This document shows positions 54,399 through 64,000 of a stretch of DNA of 64,000 nt, piece by piece. Made by a program: the position numbers and the translations under genes. The stretch comes from an uncultured Nitrososphaeraceae archaeon. GTDB taxonomy: Archaea; Thermoproteota; Nitrososphaeria; Nitrososphaerales; Nitrososphaeraceae. The stretch's first letter is position 1; the number at the start of each line of letters is the position of its first letter. The stretch is taken from positions 1 through 64,000 of the forward strand of contig CAWIMJ010000018.1 in the NCBI GenBank assembly GCA_963837175.1. Direction: 5' to 3'. The notes below the pieces were generated by a model. The model searched no databases. It was not told the origin of the DNA and worked only from the letters and a program-made list of their open reading frames with translations.

Positions 54399-55190
54399 GC
54401 AGTAGCTGCCTATCATTATTCCTCATTTAGGGTAGCTACTGGGTTTTTATTTTAATATATTGCTAATAGATGAGATACTTTAAGCAAAAATACTCTAAAA
54501 TATTATTATCAGTTGTTATCATGCGTAAAAGCTTGCTACAGAAACTATCGCTATAATCATGACGACAACATTTTAATAGAAATGATGATTCAAGAATGAC
54601 AAGATACAACTTATAACTGAAGGATTAATCAAAATTTACAAAACTCTAACTCGACAATTAGATAGATACACTCTTACTACCGTTATTGCTATATTTGACG
54701 ATAAAAAAGAATTTACCAGTCTACTCTTTATTGTCGGCAAGCTACATCAAGGGATTCGTTGCTTATTAAAGCATTATAATCAACAAGCAACGATTACAAC
54801 TACACCCGACGATATCCCAAATTATCGTGATATTATACCATAGCATACGCTGTGTTATCCTATGCACATATGGATCAGGATATTATATCAGAAAGATGGA
54901 CGTCACTCTATTCTTCAAATGACTGTATTATTCCAATATCTTTTAGATCATAAAAGGAGATAAATGTGCTCTTACTTGTTGTAAATCCTGAATTATGGAT
55001 ATATATGAAAATGCACCTCCTGTCTATGCTAAGCACGAGATATTAATTGTACAATATGATATTATTTCAGTATTTATTGATGTAAATAAAATTTAGAAAT
55101 TATATAAAGTATGATCTCCTAGTCTGATTAAAGCCGATATATATCCACTTTGCAAAAAGACTATATGATCAATAATTTACCCTCTAGAAT

Positions 55191-55706
55191 ATGAAAGCAG
55201 AACAGTTCTCTAAAAATATCCTGGATCTTCATCCTGCCATCAGATTTGCAGGAATAGTGGAAAAGTCTGGACATCTTTATGCTGGTAGTATGAGGCCAGG
55301 TGTTGAAGAAGATCTTAAAGGAAGAAATCCAGAAATCAGTTTTTCCCAGACTGCATATATTATAGATTTGAGAAATATGTTCTCATCGGAGCTAGGCAAA
55401 TTGAATTCAGTTGTTTATAGTTATAATAAAGTAAAGATGATCAGTATTCCGGTGAAGGAGCATGTTCTCATGATTTCAGCTGATAATGCAGAGAACTCTG
55501 ACAAACTAATAGAAATAATCTTAAAATATATTAAATCAGTTGACTCAGAGTTATCGTTATATCCACCTGCTAATATAATAAATAGTGAAAAGAAACAAAT
55601 ACTGAGAAATCTTCATGAATCTGGAATTCCTGAAGATATGATTGCTGACCAGCTTGATCTGGATCTCAATACTGTCATGTCACTAGTTCAGGAAATAAAC
55701 AGATAG
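55191..55706 (+). CDS. roadblock/DUF6659-like protein with C-terminal HTH
   Basis: IRFAGIV..SG, LGKL..V.Y.KV; SGIPEDMIADQLDLDLNTV HTH. Confidence 0.72.
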   Translation: MKAEQFSKNILDLHPAIRFAGIVEKSGHLYAGSMRPGVEEDLKGRNPEISFSQTAYIIDLRNMFSSELGKLNSVVYSYNKVKMISIPVKEHVLMISADNAENSDKLIEIILKYIKSVDSELSLYPPANIINSEKKQILRNLHESGIPEDMIADQLDLDLNTVMSLVQEINR

Positions 55707-55900
55707 TAGAAAAACACAAGATATTGAAGTACTTTTTAAATGTCCCTATATTCTCTGTTTTCGTTAAGATTCTATAATTATTTGGTTCGAAAGATATTGA
55801 ACTCTTGCTTAACGAATATCTATTTAAGTTATTCTCAATCCCAACTATTATCTAGGTTTTAGTTTATTATTGCATCCAGTTCATTGAAAGACAGCAAAGA

Positions 55901-56362
55901 TTATTGTGGCACTGTGTCATATCTCATGGAAATCTCGTTTCTTCTAAATCCAATTTTTTCGTAAAATGGTACATTTTTCTCAGAACAATCCAAGATTACC
56001 TTGTAACAATTCTTTTCTTTTGCAAATGCCAGAGCAGCAGATACTAAGGCCGAACCTACACCCATGCCTTCATATTCTCTTCTTGTAACAACATCTTCAA
56101 TGTGCCCTGATTTGCCACCATCATGGATAAACTTCTGCTCAATTAATAAGGTAATTGAACCTATTATCTCTGTGTCGTCATTTTTTACTGCTACAAAGAT
56201 TTTATAAAGTGGATAGGACTTAATCTGTTGTAGAATTTTTCTGGCGTGCTCGAGATCATATCGTATTCTTCCTAGGGCCGATAGATTTGAGAGAGTTTGA
56301 AAAAAGCCTTTCTCTAAATCTGCCTGTTGTATTTCACGTATGATAAAATTGATACTTTTCAT
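55901..56362 (-). CDS. GNAT acetyltransferase, glucosamine-6-phosphate N-acetyltransferase (GNA1)-like
   Basis: LLIEQKFIH.GG..GHIEDVV and CYKVILDCS..NVPFYEK.GF motifs. Confidence 0.88.
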   Translation of the reverse strand: MKSINFIIREIQQADLEKGFFQTLSNLSALGRIRYDLEHARKILQQIKSYPLYKIFVAVKNDDTEIIGSITLLIEQKFIHDGGKSGHIEDVVTRREYEGMGVGSALVSAALAFAKEKNCYKVILDCSEKNVPFYEKIGFRRNEISMRYDTVPQ

Positions 56363-56546
56363 GCCTAGATTGATTAAAATAATTCAGCCGTTTATATTTA
56401 TAATATATATTTATGTGTATATAGGACTATTGACAACTGCAATCCCTAGATTTCTGCCAAATATTCTTAATGGTATCACATAAAAATTAAGCTATTATTA
56501 TTTGAATAAAACGTGATGGTAGCGGCATTTGATTTTTTATTAAATT

Positions 56547-57230
56547 CTATCCTATTTCTTCTTCTTTTTTCTCTTCTTCTTCTCCTCCCTCTTTTTCTTC
56601 TGTACTTCTTCTAACCTTAACTTTTTCGCTCTTTACTTCCTCAGTTACTGTACGAGTTTCTATAACTGGTTTCTTTCTAATAACAATTTCTTCTTTGACG
56701 TACGGCTGCTTTGAAATTTCTATTTCTTCTTTCATTAATGGAATTTTGATTTCTGTATTTGATTGAACTGGACCTTCTCCTTTTTTTTCTTCACCACTAG
56801 CATCATTTACAGGTCTTCTTTCTATCGTTGCCTCTTGATGGGCTACCTGTACGTGAATTGTCTGGGTCTCAGTTGTTGGTTCTTTTATGATTATTATTTC
56901 CTCTCCCGTTGTTTCTCTCTTAGATGCAACTAGCCTTTCTGTCATTATTTGTATATGCTGTACCTCTTCATCAGATGGAGGCGAATCTCGCATGTACATA
57001 TTCGTTGCTTCTTCTTCTGTTACACGAATCTGTAATGTAATTCCATCATATCCTTCTACAAGTGACTTTGGAATATAGAACTTTTCTTTGTTTAAGGTTC
57101 CTCTATGTGTAACTACGAAAGGCTCACTAAGTCCATGAACCCTGCCTAGATCTGCATTATTTATACCTCTTGCTTCCTTCTTTATTACATCATCCCAGTT
57201 TATAGTACTAGTATCTGTATTAGTTCCCAT
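56547..57230 (-). CDS. PRC-barrel-like plus YsnF/DUF2382 domain protein (gene A)
   Basis: WDDVIKKEARG..KFYIPK..YDG; IPLMKEEIEISKQPYVKEEIVIRKK..VTEEVKSE. Confidence 0.85.
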   Translation of the reverse strand: MGTNTDTSTINWDDVIKKEARGINNADLGRVHGLSEPFVVTHRGTLNKEKFYIPKSLVEGYDGITLQIRVTEEEATNMYMRDSPPSDEEVQHIQIMTERLVASKRETTGEEIIIIKEPTTETQTIHVQVAHQEATIERRPVNDASGEEKKGEGPVQSNTEIKIPLMKEEIEISKQPYVKEEIVIRKKPVIETRTVTEEVKSEKVKVRRSTEEKEGGEEEEKKEEEIG

Positions 57231-57377
57231 GTTAGAATAACTATATAATACATAAAATTTAATACTTGATAAATTTCTTCTTCTAAAGGATAATAATTTG
57301 CTAATAACATATGGGAGATTTTCTTCTAAAATATTGTTTTGTCTGACAGAACCAAATAATAATAGTAATAATTTTGA

Positions 57378-57914
57378 CTATGTCGTTAATTGTTTCTTAC
57401 TTCCGTCAGGATATCTTATGGTTATCTTCTCTTTTTTAGTATCTATATCAATTTTTTTCTTTTCAGATACCTTTCTTTTCGTGATTACAAGGTCTTCTAG
57501 TCTGACCATTTTTTTATTGATTGTTATCTGCTCGCCCCATAAGGGAATGACTCTTTGATTTTCCTTACTCTTAGGAAATAATGGAATTAATTCTCCCCGT
57601 GGCAAACTCTGTCGTGAGTTCGACTCTTGATTAATAGTTTTGATGGTTGGAATGCCATTGTCTGACATAGAGGTTTTTAAATCTGTATTTTCTGCCAATT
57701 TTACTTTCTTATCATTAAGATAAATTTCCTCGTAGGTTATAGGCACTTTGAGGATTTTGGTTTTTGTAACCCATCTTTTTTCTATTTTTACGTCTTCGCT
57801 AACAGTTTTCTTGTCAATTGAGAATTTCTCCTCGACGATTGGAATTTTCTGTTCAAAGTTAGTTCCACGAAGGTTACTTTCTTTCTCGGATCTTTTATTA
57901 TTTTGAGTTGTCAT
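57378..57914 (-). CDS. YsnF/DUF2382 domain protein (gene B)
   Basis: IPIVEEK..IDKK, VPITYEEI and IPLWGEQI.INKKMV.LE motifs. Confidence 0.8.
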   Translation of the reverse strand: MTTQNNKRSEKESNLRGTNFEQKIPIVEEKFSIDKKTVSEDVKIEKRWVTKTKILKVPITYEEIYLNDKKVKLAENTDLKTSMSDNGIPTIKTINQESNSRQSLPRGELIPLFPKSKENQRVIPLWGEQITINKKMVRLEDLVITKRKVSEKKKIDIDTKKEKITIRYPDGSKKQLTT

Positions 57915-58573
57915 CTCTCATTATTGTAATATATAGGTTATAATCGTAGGCAAATCATATTAAGCCGGTATTTTTAGATTAGCGCTATATATTCTATAAT
58001 TATATTAGCCCATAATCAAGAGATTAGTCCTTTCATAACAATAAATTGATATGATGTTCTAAAATATAGGGCCGCTCGCCTAGAGGCTTATTTCTGTTAT
58101 TGACACAGATTGTCGAAAAATGACAGATATCGAGTTACAAAATAAGAGTAGTTTTATCACGTTCTTGAATAAGACGAACTTCCTTCTATTTCATGGCTCA
58201 AGGTTGATTGTGTTATTGGTAACATATTATTCCTATTTTGTAATAGTTCATCAGCAAGTTCGGCAGAAGTGAATAATAATGAAAAGTCCAAGCATTATTG
58301 CAGTACAATATCTAAAATTTGTCTCTAATTCCTCGAACCTATCTATCGCATCTTCAAGCATTCGCTATTTCATACCACTTGCATTTTACTTTATAACTAA
58401 TTCGCCTTACATCGTTCCGCTTATTATTATAAATTTATCATATTTAGAGATAAAAATGAAATAGACATAACATTTGTACTATATTGCAATAAATTTTAAC
58501 TCATTATAAGTTAATACCTTATCTTTAGAAGGTAAAACTAAATTTAATACGATAAAGATAGAGAGTATGAGTA

Positions 58574-59227
58574 ATGGATAAATACCCTAATTTTCAAGAA
58601 GAACAATTGTCTCTTAATAAAACCAATGGCAGCAGACAGTCGCAGAAGAATGATCTTTCTAGACTAGATGACAAAACCGACGAGACTAAAGAAAACCCAC
58701 GCCTAAAAATTTCAGGTGACGAAAATTCTTCTAATGTGATGAGGATGAATAGAGAGGAAAACCATCGTATATCACCAATTCCTAGTAAGGGGGAGGATGT
58801 TCCTGAATATAATGAATCTCACATTCCAGTAATAGAGGAAAGATTGTCAATAAATAAAGTACAATCTATTATAGAACTTACTATAACAAAAGAACCTGCT
58901 ACTGAGACTACATCGCTTGAAGTACCAATTACATATGAAGAAATAACTATCCAAAGAAGACCTGTAAACGATGCTAGTGGTGAAGAAAAAAAAGGAGAAG
59001 GTCCAGTTCAATCAAATACAGAAATCAAAATTCCATTAATGAAAGAAGAAATAGAAATTTCAAAGCAGCCGTACGTCAAAGAAGAAATTGTTATTAGAAA
59101 GAAACCAGTTATAGAAACTCGTACAGTAACTGAGGAAGTAAAGAGCGAAAAAGTTAAGGTTAGAAGAAGTACAGAAAAAGAGGGAGGAGAAGAAGAAGAG
59201 AAAAAAGAAAAGAGAAAACGAACCTAG
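58574..59227 (+). CDS. YsnF/DUF2382 domain protein (gene C)
   Basis: IPVIEERLSINK, VPITYEEI.IQRRPV; C-terminus shared with genes A and D. Confidence 0.85.
   Translation: MDKYPNFQEEQLSLNKTNGSRQSQKNDLSRLDDKTDETKENPRLKISGDENSSNVMRMNREENHRISPIPSKGEDVPEYNESHIPVIEERLSINKVQSIIELTITKEPATETTSLEVPITYEEITIQRRPVNDASGEEKKGEGPVQSNTEIKIPLMKEEIEISKQPYVKEEIVIRKKPVIETRTVTEEVKSEKVKVRRSTEKEGGEEEEKKEKRKRT
59021..59218. repeat. 198-bp identical inverted repeat with 61736-61933; overlaps a near-identical inverted repeat 58953-59175 / 56599-56821
   Basis: Base-by-base comparison of the 3' parts of genes A, C and D. Confidence 0.9.
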
Positions 59228-60045
59228 GATTATTTCCTTTTCCAATGTCAAAGGCAAATTTGTTTTAATTTTTATATTTCTATTGAATAGATATTATCAT
59301 AAGCCATATTCTAAGGAAGCAAGCATAATAACCGAAACATATGCAATATAAAAATTCAAATATCGAATTAATTTATAATATTAAGATAACTGTATATATC
59401 ATTTAAGATGAAGAGAGAAACGAAAGATAAGTTACACTAATTAGATTTAAGATAAAAAATACAGATGTCAATGAAATTGGGCAGTGGAGAAATTATATAA
59501 AGATAGTATCTTTTGCTAATGACTTGTTATTCTTAAGGTTGAATTTACTATTAAATCTTGTATAGGTATATGTCTGTTTCATTTTAATCTAGAAGTTTTA
59601 ATAATAGAGATAATACAATTTAGCTGCCTATTTATTATGATACAAGTTGACATAGATTTTTCATCTTACTGCAGTTTTTAAAGGCTACTATAAGCAATCT
59701 TCGATGGGCAGGTACCGATAGTCATCATTATGAGAATCCAATTATCATTCTATGCATTCTATGATACTACTGAATTCCATGACTACGCATCCAACAGATT
59801 TTTCCACCGAATAGGTCAATGATTATAGAAAATTTCCATACTTCATTCTACACATTCATAGAATTAGAAAAGCCGGTATACCTAAGTCTACCATAATAAT
59901 TTTATAACTTAAGCCACGTTTAGTTGCAGCCAATGTATACGTCAATAATAATCTTAAGCGTTATTCAATGAAGATAAAAAGAAATTTGGATTAATACTAA
60001 ATACATAAAGCATTAATCTAATTTGATGTGTTATTATCACTTTGA

Positions 60046-60294
60046 TCATGATTGCTGACTTTCAGCAGCCATTTTTACTTCAGTAATCCATTCACATTTA
60101 ATGTCGGCTTTTGTATGATGTTTTTCAACTGCATCTTCATTTGGAGCATCGAGCAGACAGAAACATACGTTAGCCTCCTTATTATAGAACAAGTTCACGT
60201 GTCTAACACCGAATTCATCTGTAGGTGATCCACAGAGTTCCTTTAAATTTTCTTCTGAAAAGGGGACTTTATGGACATCAAGAAAGATTGGCAA
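60046..60294 (-). CDS. DUF4242/SCO4226-like metal-binding protein
   Basis: MPIFLDVH..FCLLDAPNEDAVEKHH..CEWITEV. Confidence 0.8.
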   Translation of the reverse strand: MPIFLDVHKVPFSEENLKELCGSPTDEFGVRHVNLFYNKEANVCFCLLDAPNEDAVEKHHTKADIKCEWITEVKMAAESQQS

Positions 60295-60591
60295 TGTAGG
60301 AGGATCGTAATTATATTCATATTTAAATAATTCGTTATAAGTCCTTTTTATTATTCTGAGACTAGTATATAATGCATAAAAATCTTGTTAGAAAAAAAAG
60401 ACAGGTTGTTTGGAATTTCTGTGTGGTAGTATTTTGGGAATGACTAGAAACCTGACATGAATCATGAATCAATATAAATTTAAGTCAAAAAGATAATCTC
60501 CTATCAGTATTACAAACAGTTATTTCTTGATTTCTTATGACTTTCCATATGAATTTATATTTTTCAAACTTATTAGTAACTATGAACTTGT

Positions 60592-61650
60592 TTGACAACA
60601 TCGTCAAATATGGCCCCTGAACAGATGGAAGTAGCAAATGGCGTTGAAAACGTAGTCAAGTTAACATTACAGATTATTTCTGGAACAAAGAATACACTTG
60701 ACTGTTGTTTTGAACATACTGGACCATCAGTCCTAGATAACGGACCGATATGGAATGAGATAATTCAACTGAAAGACAAAGGTATAAGATTAAGATTCAT
60801 TACGGAAGTTACAAAGGAAAACATGTCTTATTTTACAAAAATAATGAGATATGTTGATGTTGGTCATATTGATAGAGTTAAAGGTAACTTTGGAATATCT
60901 AATGGAAACGAATATCTTGGTTACATAATTGAAGAAGGAGGACAGCTTGCAAAACTGTTGCATATCAATATCAGGTCATTTGTAGAGGCGCAGAAGTATC
61001 TTTTTGATAATCTTTGGAATAACGCAATTCCAGTCAGGGAGAGAATAAAAGAAATTGAGGAAAGTCATAAGAGACAATTTATAGAAACTATTCGAGAGCC
61101 TTCTGAAACACAGAAGCTCGCTCACCATCTTCTAAAATCAGCTACATTTGAAATACTCTTATTATATTCTACAGCCAATACATTCCGCCGCGCAGAGAAT
61201 GAGGGTATATTAGAATCATTGGGAAAAGCCGCAGAACATGGTGTAAGAGTTAGAATTTTAGTACAAATGGACGACGAGAACACAGTAAAAGAAACATTAC
61301 AAAAAAAACTTAAAGAAAAATATGGACAACAAATAAGTATTCAGTACATGCGCAGGCCTTTACAAAATAAAATTACAACACTGATAATAGACCAAGCTAT
61401 TTGTCTAGCGGTAGAGGTGAATGATGATACTAAGGAGACTTTTGAGGAAGCAATGGGAATGGCCACTTGTTCAAACAGTCAGTCAACCGTCTCCTCTAAT
61501 GTTTCAATATTTGAGACACTATGGATACAATCTGAATTGGATAACCAAAATAGAATCAAACAAGTTTATTTTCAACTGTTTAAGGGTTTCAAGCTTAAGG
61601 ATGAAACTTATAATCGTACCTGGTCAACAGAAAAAAGACGGACAGACTAA
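60592..61650 (+). CDS. soluble sensor-like protein (two TrmB/PLD-like domains) with no kinase domain
   Basis: GIRLRFITEVTKEN, KGNFGI, QKYLFDNLWNNAIP, GVRVRIL and IFETLW.QSEL as in N-termini of Nitrososphaera histidine kinases; no H-box follows. Confidence 0.72.
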   Translation: MTTSSNMAPEQMEVANGVENVVKLTLQIISGTKNTLDCCFEHTGPSVLDNGPIWNEIIQLKDKGIRLRFITEVTKENMSYFTKIMRYVDVGHIDRVKGNFGISNGNEYLGYIIEEGGQLAKLLHINIRSFVEAQKYLFDNLWNNAIPVRERIKEIEESHKRQFIETIREPSETQKLAHHLLKSATFEILLLYSTANTFRRAENEGILESLGKAAEHGVRVRILVQMDDENTVKETLQKKLKEKYGQQISIQYMRRPLQNKITTLIIDQAICLAVEVNDDTKETFEEAMGMATCSNSQSTVSSNVSIFETLWIQSELDNQNRIKQVYFQLFKGFKLKDETYNRTWSTEKRRTD

Positions 61651-61732
61651 TAGTATGTATTTATGAATGTATTTTTCATATTAGAGTCATGATCACCATT
61701 GTACGGCAAGTATAAAGAGATCTTATTCTGTC

Positions 61733-62398
61733 CTATTTTCTCTTTTCTTTTTTCTCTTCTTCTTCTCCTCCCTCTTTTTCTGTACTTCTTCTAACCTTAA
61801 CTTTTTCGCTCTTTACTTCCTCAGTTACTGTACGAGTTTCTATAACTGGTTTCTTTCTAATAACAATTTCTTCTTTGACGTACGGCTGCTTTGAAATTTC
61901 TATTTCTTCTTTCATTAATGGAATTTTGATTTCTTTTATGGTTTCAACTGGGTGTAATGATAAAGTTGCCTCCCCCACAGCATTTTTATCAATAATTGCT
62001 TCTTCATGTGCTATCTCTACTTGAACTGTCTTGATCTCAGTTGCTGGTTCTTTTATGATTATTATTTCTTCTCCAGTAGTTGTTCTCTTGGATACAACTA
62101 TTCTTTCCTCCATAATTTTGATGCGTTCTTCTTCTTCATCTATTTGTGATGAACCCTCCATGTATGTGTTCTTTGCTTCTTCGTCGGTTATACTAACATG
62201 TAATATATCTCCATCATAATATGCAACAAACGACTTTGGAATATAGAACTTTTCTTTACCTACAGTTCCTTTCTGTGTGAGGATAAAATTCTCATCAACT
62301 TGTTGTATTTCTCCAAAATCAGCATTATTTATACCTCTTGCTTCCTTCTTTATTACATCATCCCAGTTTATAGTATTAGTATCTGTATTAGTTCCCAT
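61733..62398 (-). CDS. PRC-barrel-like plus YsnF/DUF2382 domain protein (gene D)
   Basis: Paralog of gene A with near-identical ends and a divergent middle. Confidence 0.85.
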   Translation of the reverse strand: MGTNTDTNTINWDDVIKKEARGINNADFGEIQQVDENFILTQKGTVGKEKFYIPKSFVAYYDGDILHVSITDEEAKNTYMEGSSQIDEEEERIKIMEERIVVSKRTTTGEEIIIIKEPATEIKTVQVEIAHEEAIIDKNAVGEATLSLHPVETIKEIKIPLMKEEIEISKQPYVKEEIVIRKKPVIETRTVTEEVKSEKVKVRRSTEKEGGEEEEKKEKRK

Positions 62399-62442
62399 GT
62401 TAGAATAACTATATAATACATAAAATTTAATACTTGATAAAT
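62322..62442. repeat. about 120-bp direct repeat of 57154-57274 (promoter plus 5' coding end of genes A and D)
   Basis: One mismatch seen. Confidence 0.88.
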
Positions 62443-62736
62443 ATTATCTTCTAATGAATTCGAATAAAATTCAATAGGCTTGGCTCTCATTTTACAACAA
62501 GTTTCCTGTAGAGATTCTTCAGAATATTGTACTACACAGATATTCATTCGAATTATTGAGTTTGTTATTGTCAATATTGTCTTCGGATAGGATACAAAAT
62601 TATGTTTTCTTATTGAATCAAAGTATTTTGTGCTACTTTTCTCAACTACGATAAAGTGATTCTAACTCAACTTCAGTGATGTAAGACAACAATATATATA
62701 AGAAATGCTTATTGCATCACTTTTAGCATTGCTCAT

Positions 62737-63498
62737 ATGGACTATTCGAAATATATGTCAGAAATATTGACATATGAAAGAATAGAACTTGATGATGCAG
62801 AAAGGTCATTCCTTTTCAAAATTATTAATGGTCAAGATTCAGTTTACAAAATACTTTCTTATTTAAAGTTAAGACGTCAAACGATGTCTTACAAGAATGT
62901 TCAATTGATTCTCAGGAGACTTCAAGAACGATATTTTATTGAAGAAATACGAGGAAAACTTTTACGTGGAAAAATATATTACAGAATAACCACACTTGGA
63001 TTATTTCATATCTTTTCTACGATGGCAAGTTATCCGCCAGAATTGTTAGTAAAATATAAAGACAATATAATGTTAAAAACTCTTCTATATCCATACTTTG
63101 AAGAAGAAACTATAAAACATTGTACAGCTCGTTTTTATTCTGCAATAACTCAATATCTACGTGAGTGTTGTCAAACAACCTTACATGCTCTGGAAAACAC
63201 TAAATCTACATCAAATATAGAAGACAGAGGAATGCAAGCAAAACAGTTAGAATTTGATTTAGAATGGCATATTAAAGCTTTGGGGTTTAAACTAGTGGTC
63301 ATGTATAATGAGTCAAATATGCTAATTACCAATCCTGACATTTCAAATGATAATGCTAGAATTGCATTATATGAGGTTGAAAATGAGATGAAAACATTGC
63401 TCTCAAAAGATGATAAATTCATGGGTCTGACTTTGGCTCTTAAAAAAGAATTTGAAGACGGATATAAAGAACTAGCTGATCTAAAAAAAGGCAAATGA
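62737..63498 (+). CDS. winged-HTH-containing hypothetical protein
   Basis: MSYKNVQLILRRLQERYFIEE..YYRITTLGLF wHTH pattern. Confidence 0.72.
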   Translation: MDYSKYMSEILTYERIELDDAERSFLFKIINGQDSVYKILSYLKLRRQTMSYKNVQLILRRLQERYFIEEIRGKLLRGKIYYRITTLGLFHIFSTMASYPPELLVKYKDNIMLKTLLYPYFEEETIKHCTARFYSAITQYLRECCQTTLHALENTKSTSNIEDRGMQAKQLEFDLEWHIKALGFKLVVMYNESNMLITNPDISNDNARIALYEVENEMKTLLSKDDKFMGLTLALKKEFEDGYKELADLKKGK

Positions 63499-63765
63499 TA
63501 TAGATTAATAAATTAGTAAATAGATCTCTAAATTTTAATAAGTGTATATCATTTTTTTCTTTTTATTATCAATAAAAAGATATATAATCGGTCTATCTTT
63601 TATTCAATCAAAATTTCTCTAAAAAGTGATCGTCATGTACTGTATTTGTCTATTGAGTAGAGTATTTAAATAGGCGAAAAATATTAATTAGGTAAGCCTA
63701 ATGATTTGCTCTTTGACAGGCGGAGAACTTTCAAAACGATAATCTATATTAATGGTGATTGAAAT

Positions 63766-64000
63766 ATGTCAATAAGTAAACTAAAAGAAATAAGAAATTT
63801 GAGCAATAAGAAAATGTCTGCATCTTTTGTTGTTATAGTTTTAGTTATAACTTTGCCTGTGTTGAACAATAACCTGTCTTCTGCTCAACAACAAACGGCA
63901 GGAGAATTATATAATAATACCCTGATCGTTATGGTCAATCTTGAAAGAATAAGAACACAACTTTTACTAACTGAGAAAAGTCTCGATGACGGAAATAAAG
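63766..64000 (+). CDS. secreted protein, truncated by the window end
   Basis: Open frame MSISKLK..SFVVIVLVITLPVL..SSAQQQ..NLERIRTQL running off the edge. Confidence 0.6.
   Translation, partial: MSISKLKEIRNLSNKKMSASFVVIVLVITLPVLNNNLSSAQQQTAGELYNNTLIVMVNLERIRTQLLLTEKSLDDGNK

Noticed and set aside
54084-54416. Overlapping minus-strand ORFs here and similar antisense ORFs across the window
   Set aside because: They overlap well-supported genes on the other strand and have no recognisable motifs.
58069-58090. tRNA 5'-like GGGCCGCTCGCCTAG
   Set aside because: No cloverleaf or T-loop downstream.

Overview
This is an AT-rich archaeal window, most consistent with a soil ammonia-oxidising archaeon of the Nitrososphaerales. 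The evidence is the Thaumarchaeota-type cbtAB, PsbP-like, cupredoxin, DUF6659, stand-alone receiver and YsnF-like genes, plus TATA boxes about 25-30 nt before start codons. It is an accessory stress, metal and cell-surface region with many pseudogenes and single-base frameshifts; no rRNA, complete tRNA or CRISPR array was found. It carries a decayed IS6 element, trxA, an NRAMP-like transporter, a wtpABC-like ABC transporter, msrA with a dead msrB, an SQR-like flavoprotein, two patatins, a phasin-like protein and a NarX/PilJ-type histidine kinase. Best leads: (1) an operon encoding a propeptide-less proteasome beta subunit and a gate-divergent alpha subunit, possibly a second specialised 20S particle; (2) an inverted, reciprocally decayed duplication of cbtBA plus a DUF4443-type wHTH gene, with a shared 17-bp palindrome next to both TATA boxes; (3) a secreted protein with about 75 Gly-Gly-X repeats fused to two PepSY domains, next to a secreted pentapeptide-repeat protein; (4) four YsnF/DUF2382 genes, three of which share nucleotide-identical cassettes; (5) a duplicated, possibly structured non-coding block upstream of two small secreted two-cysteine peptides. 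Family names come from motif recognition, not database searches.
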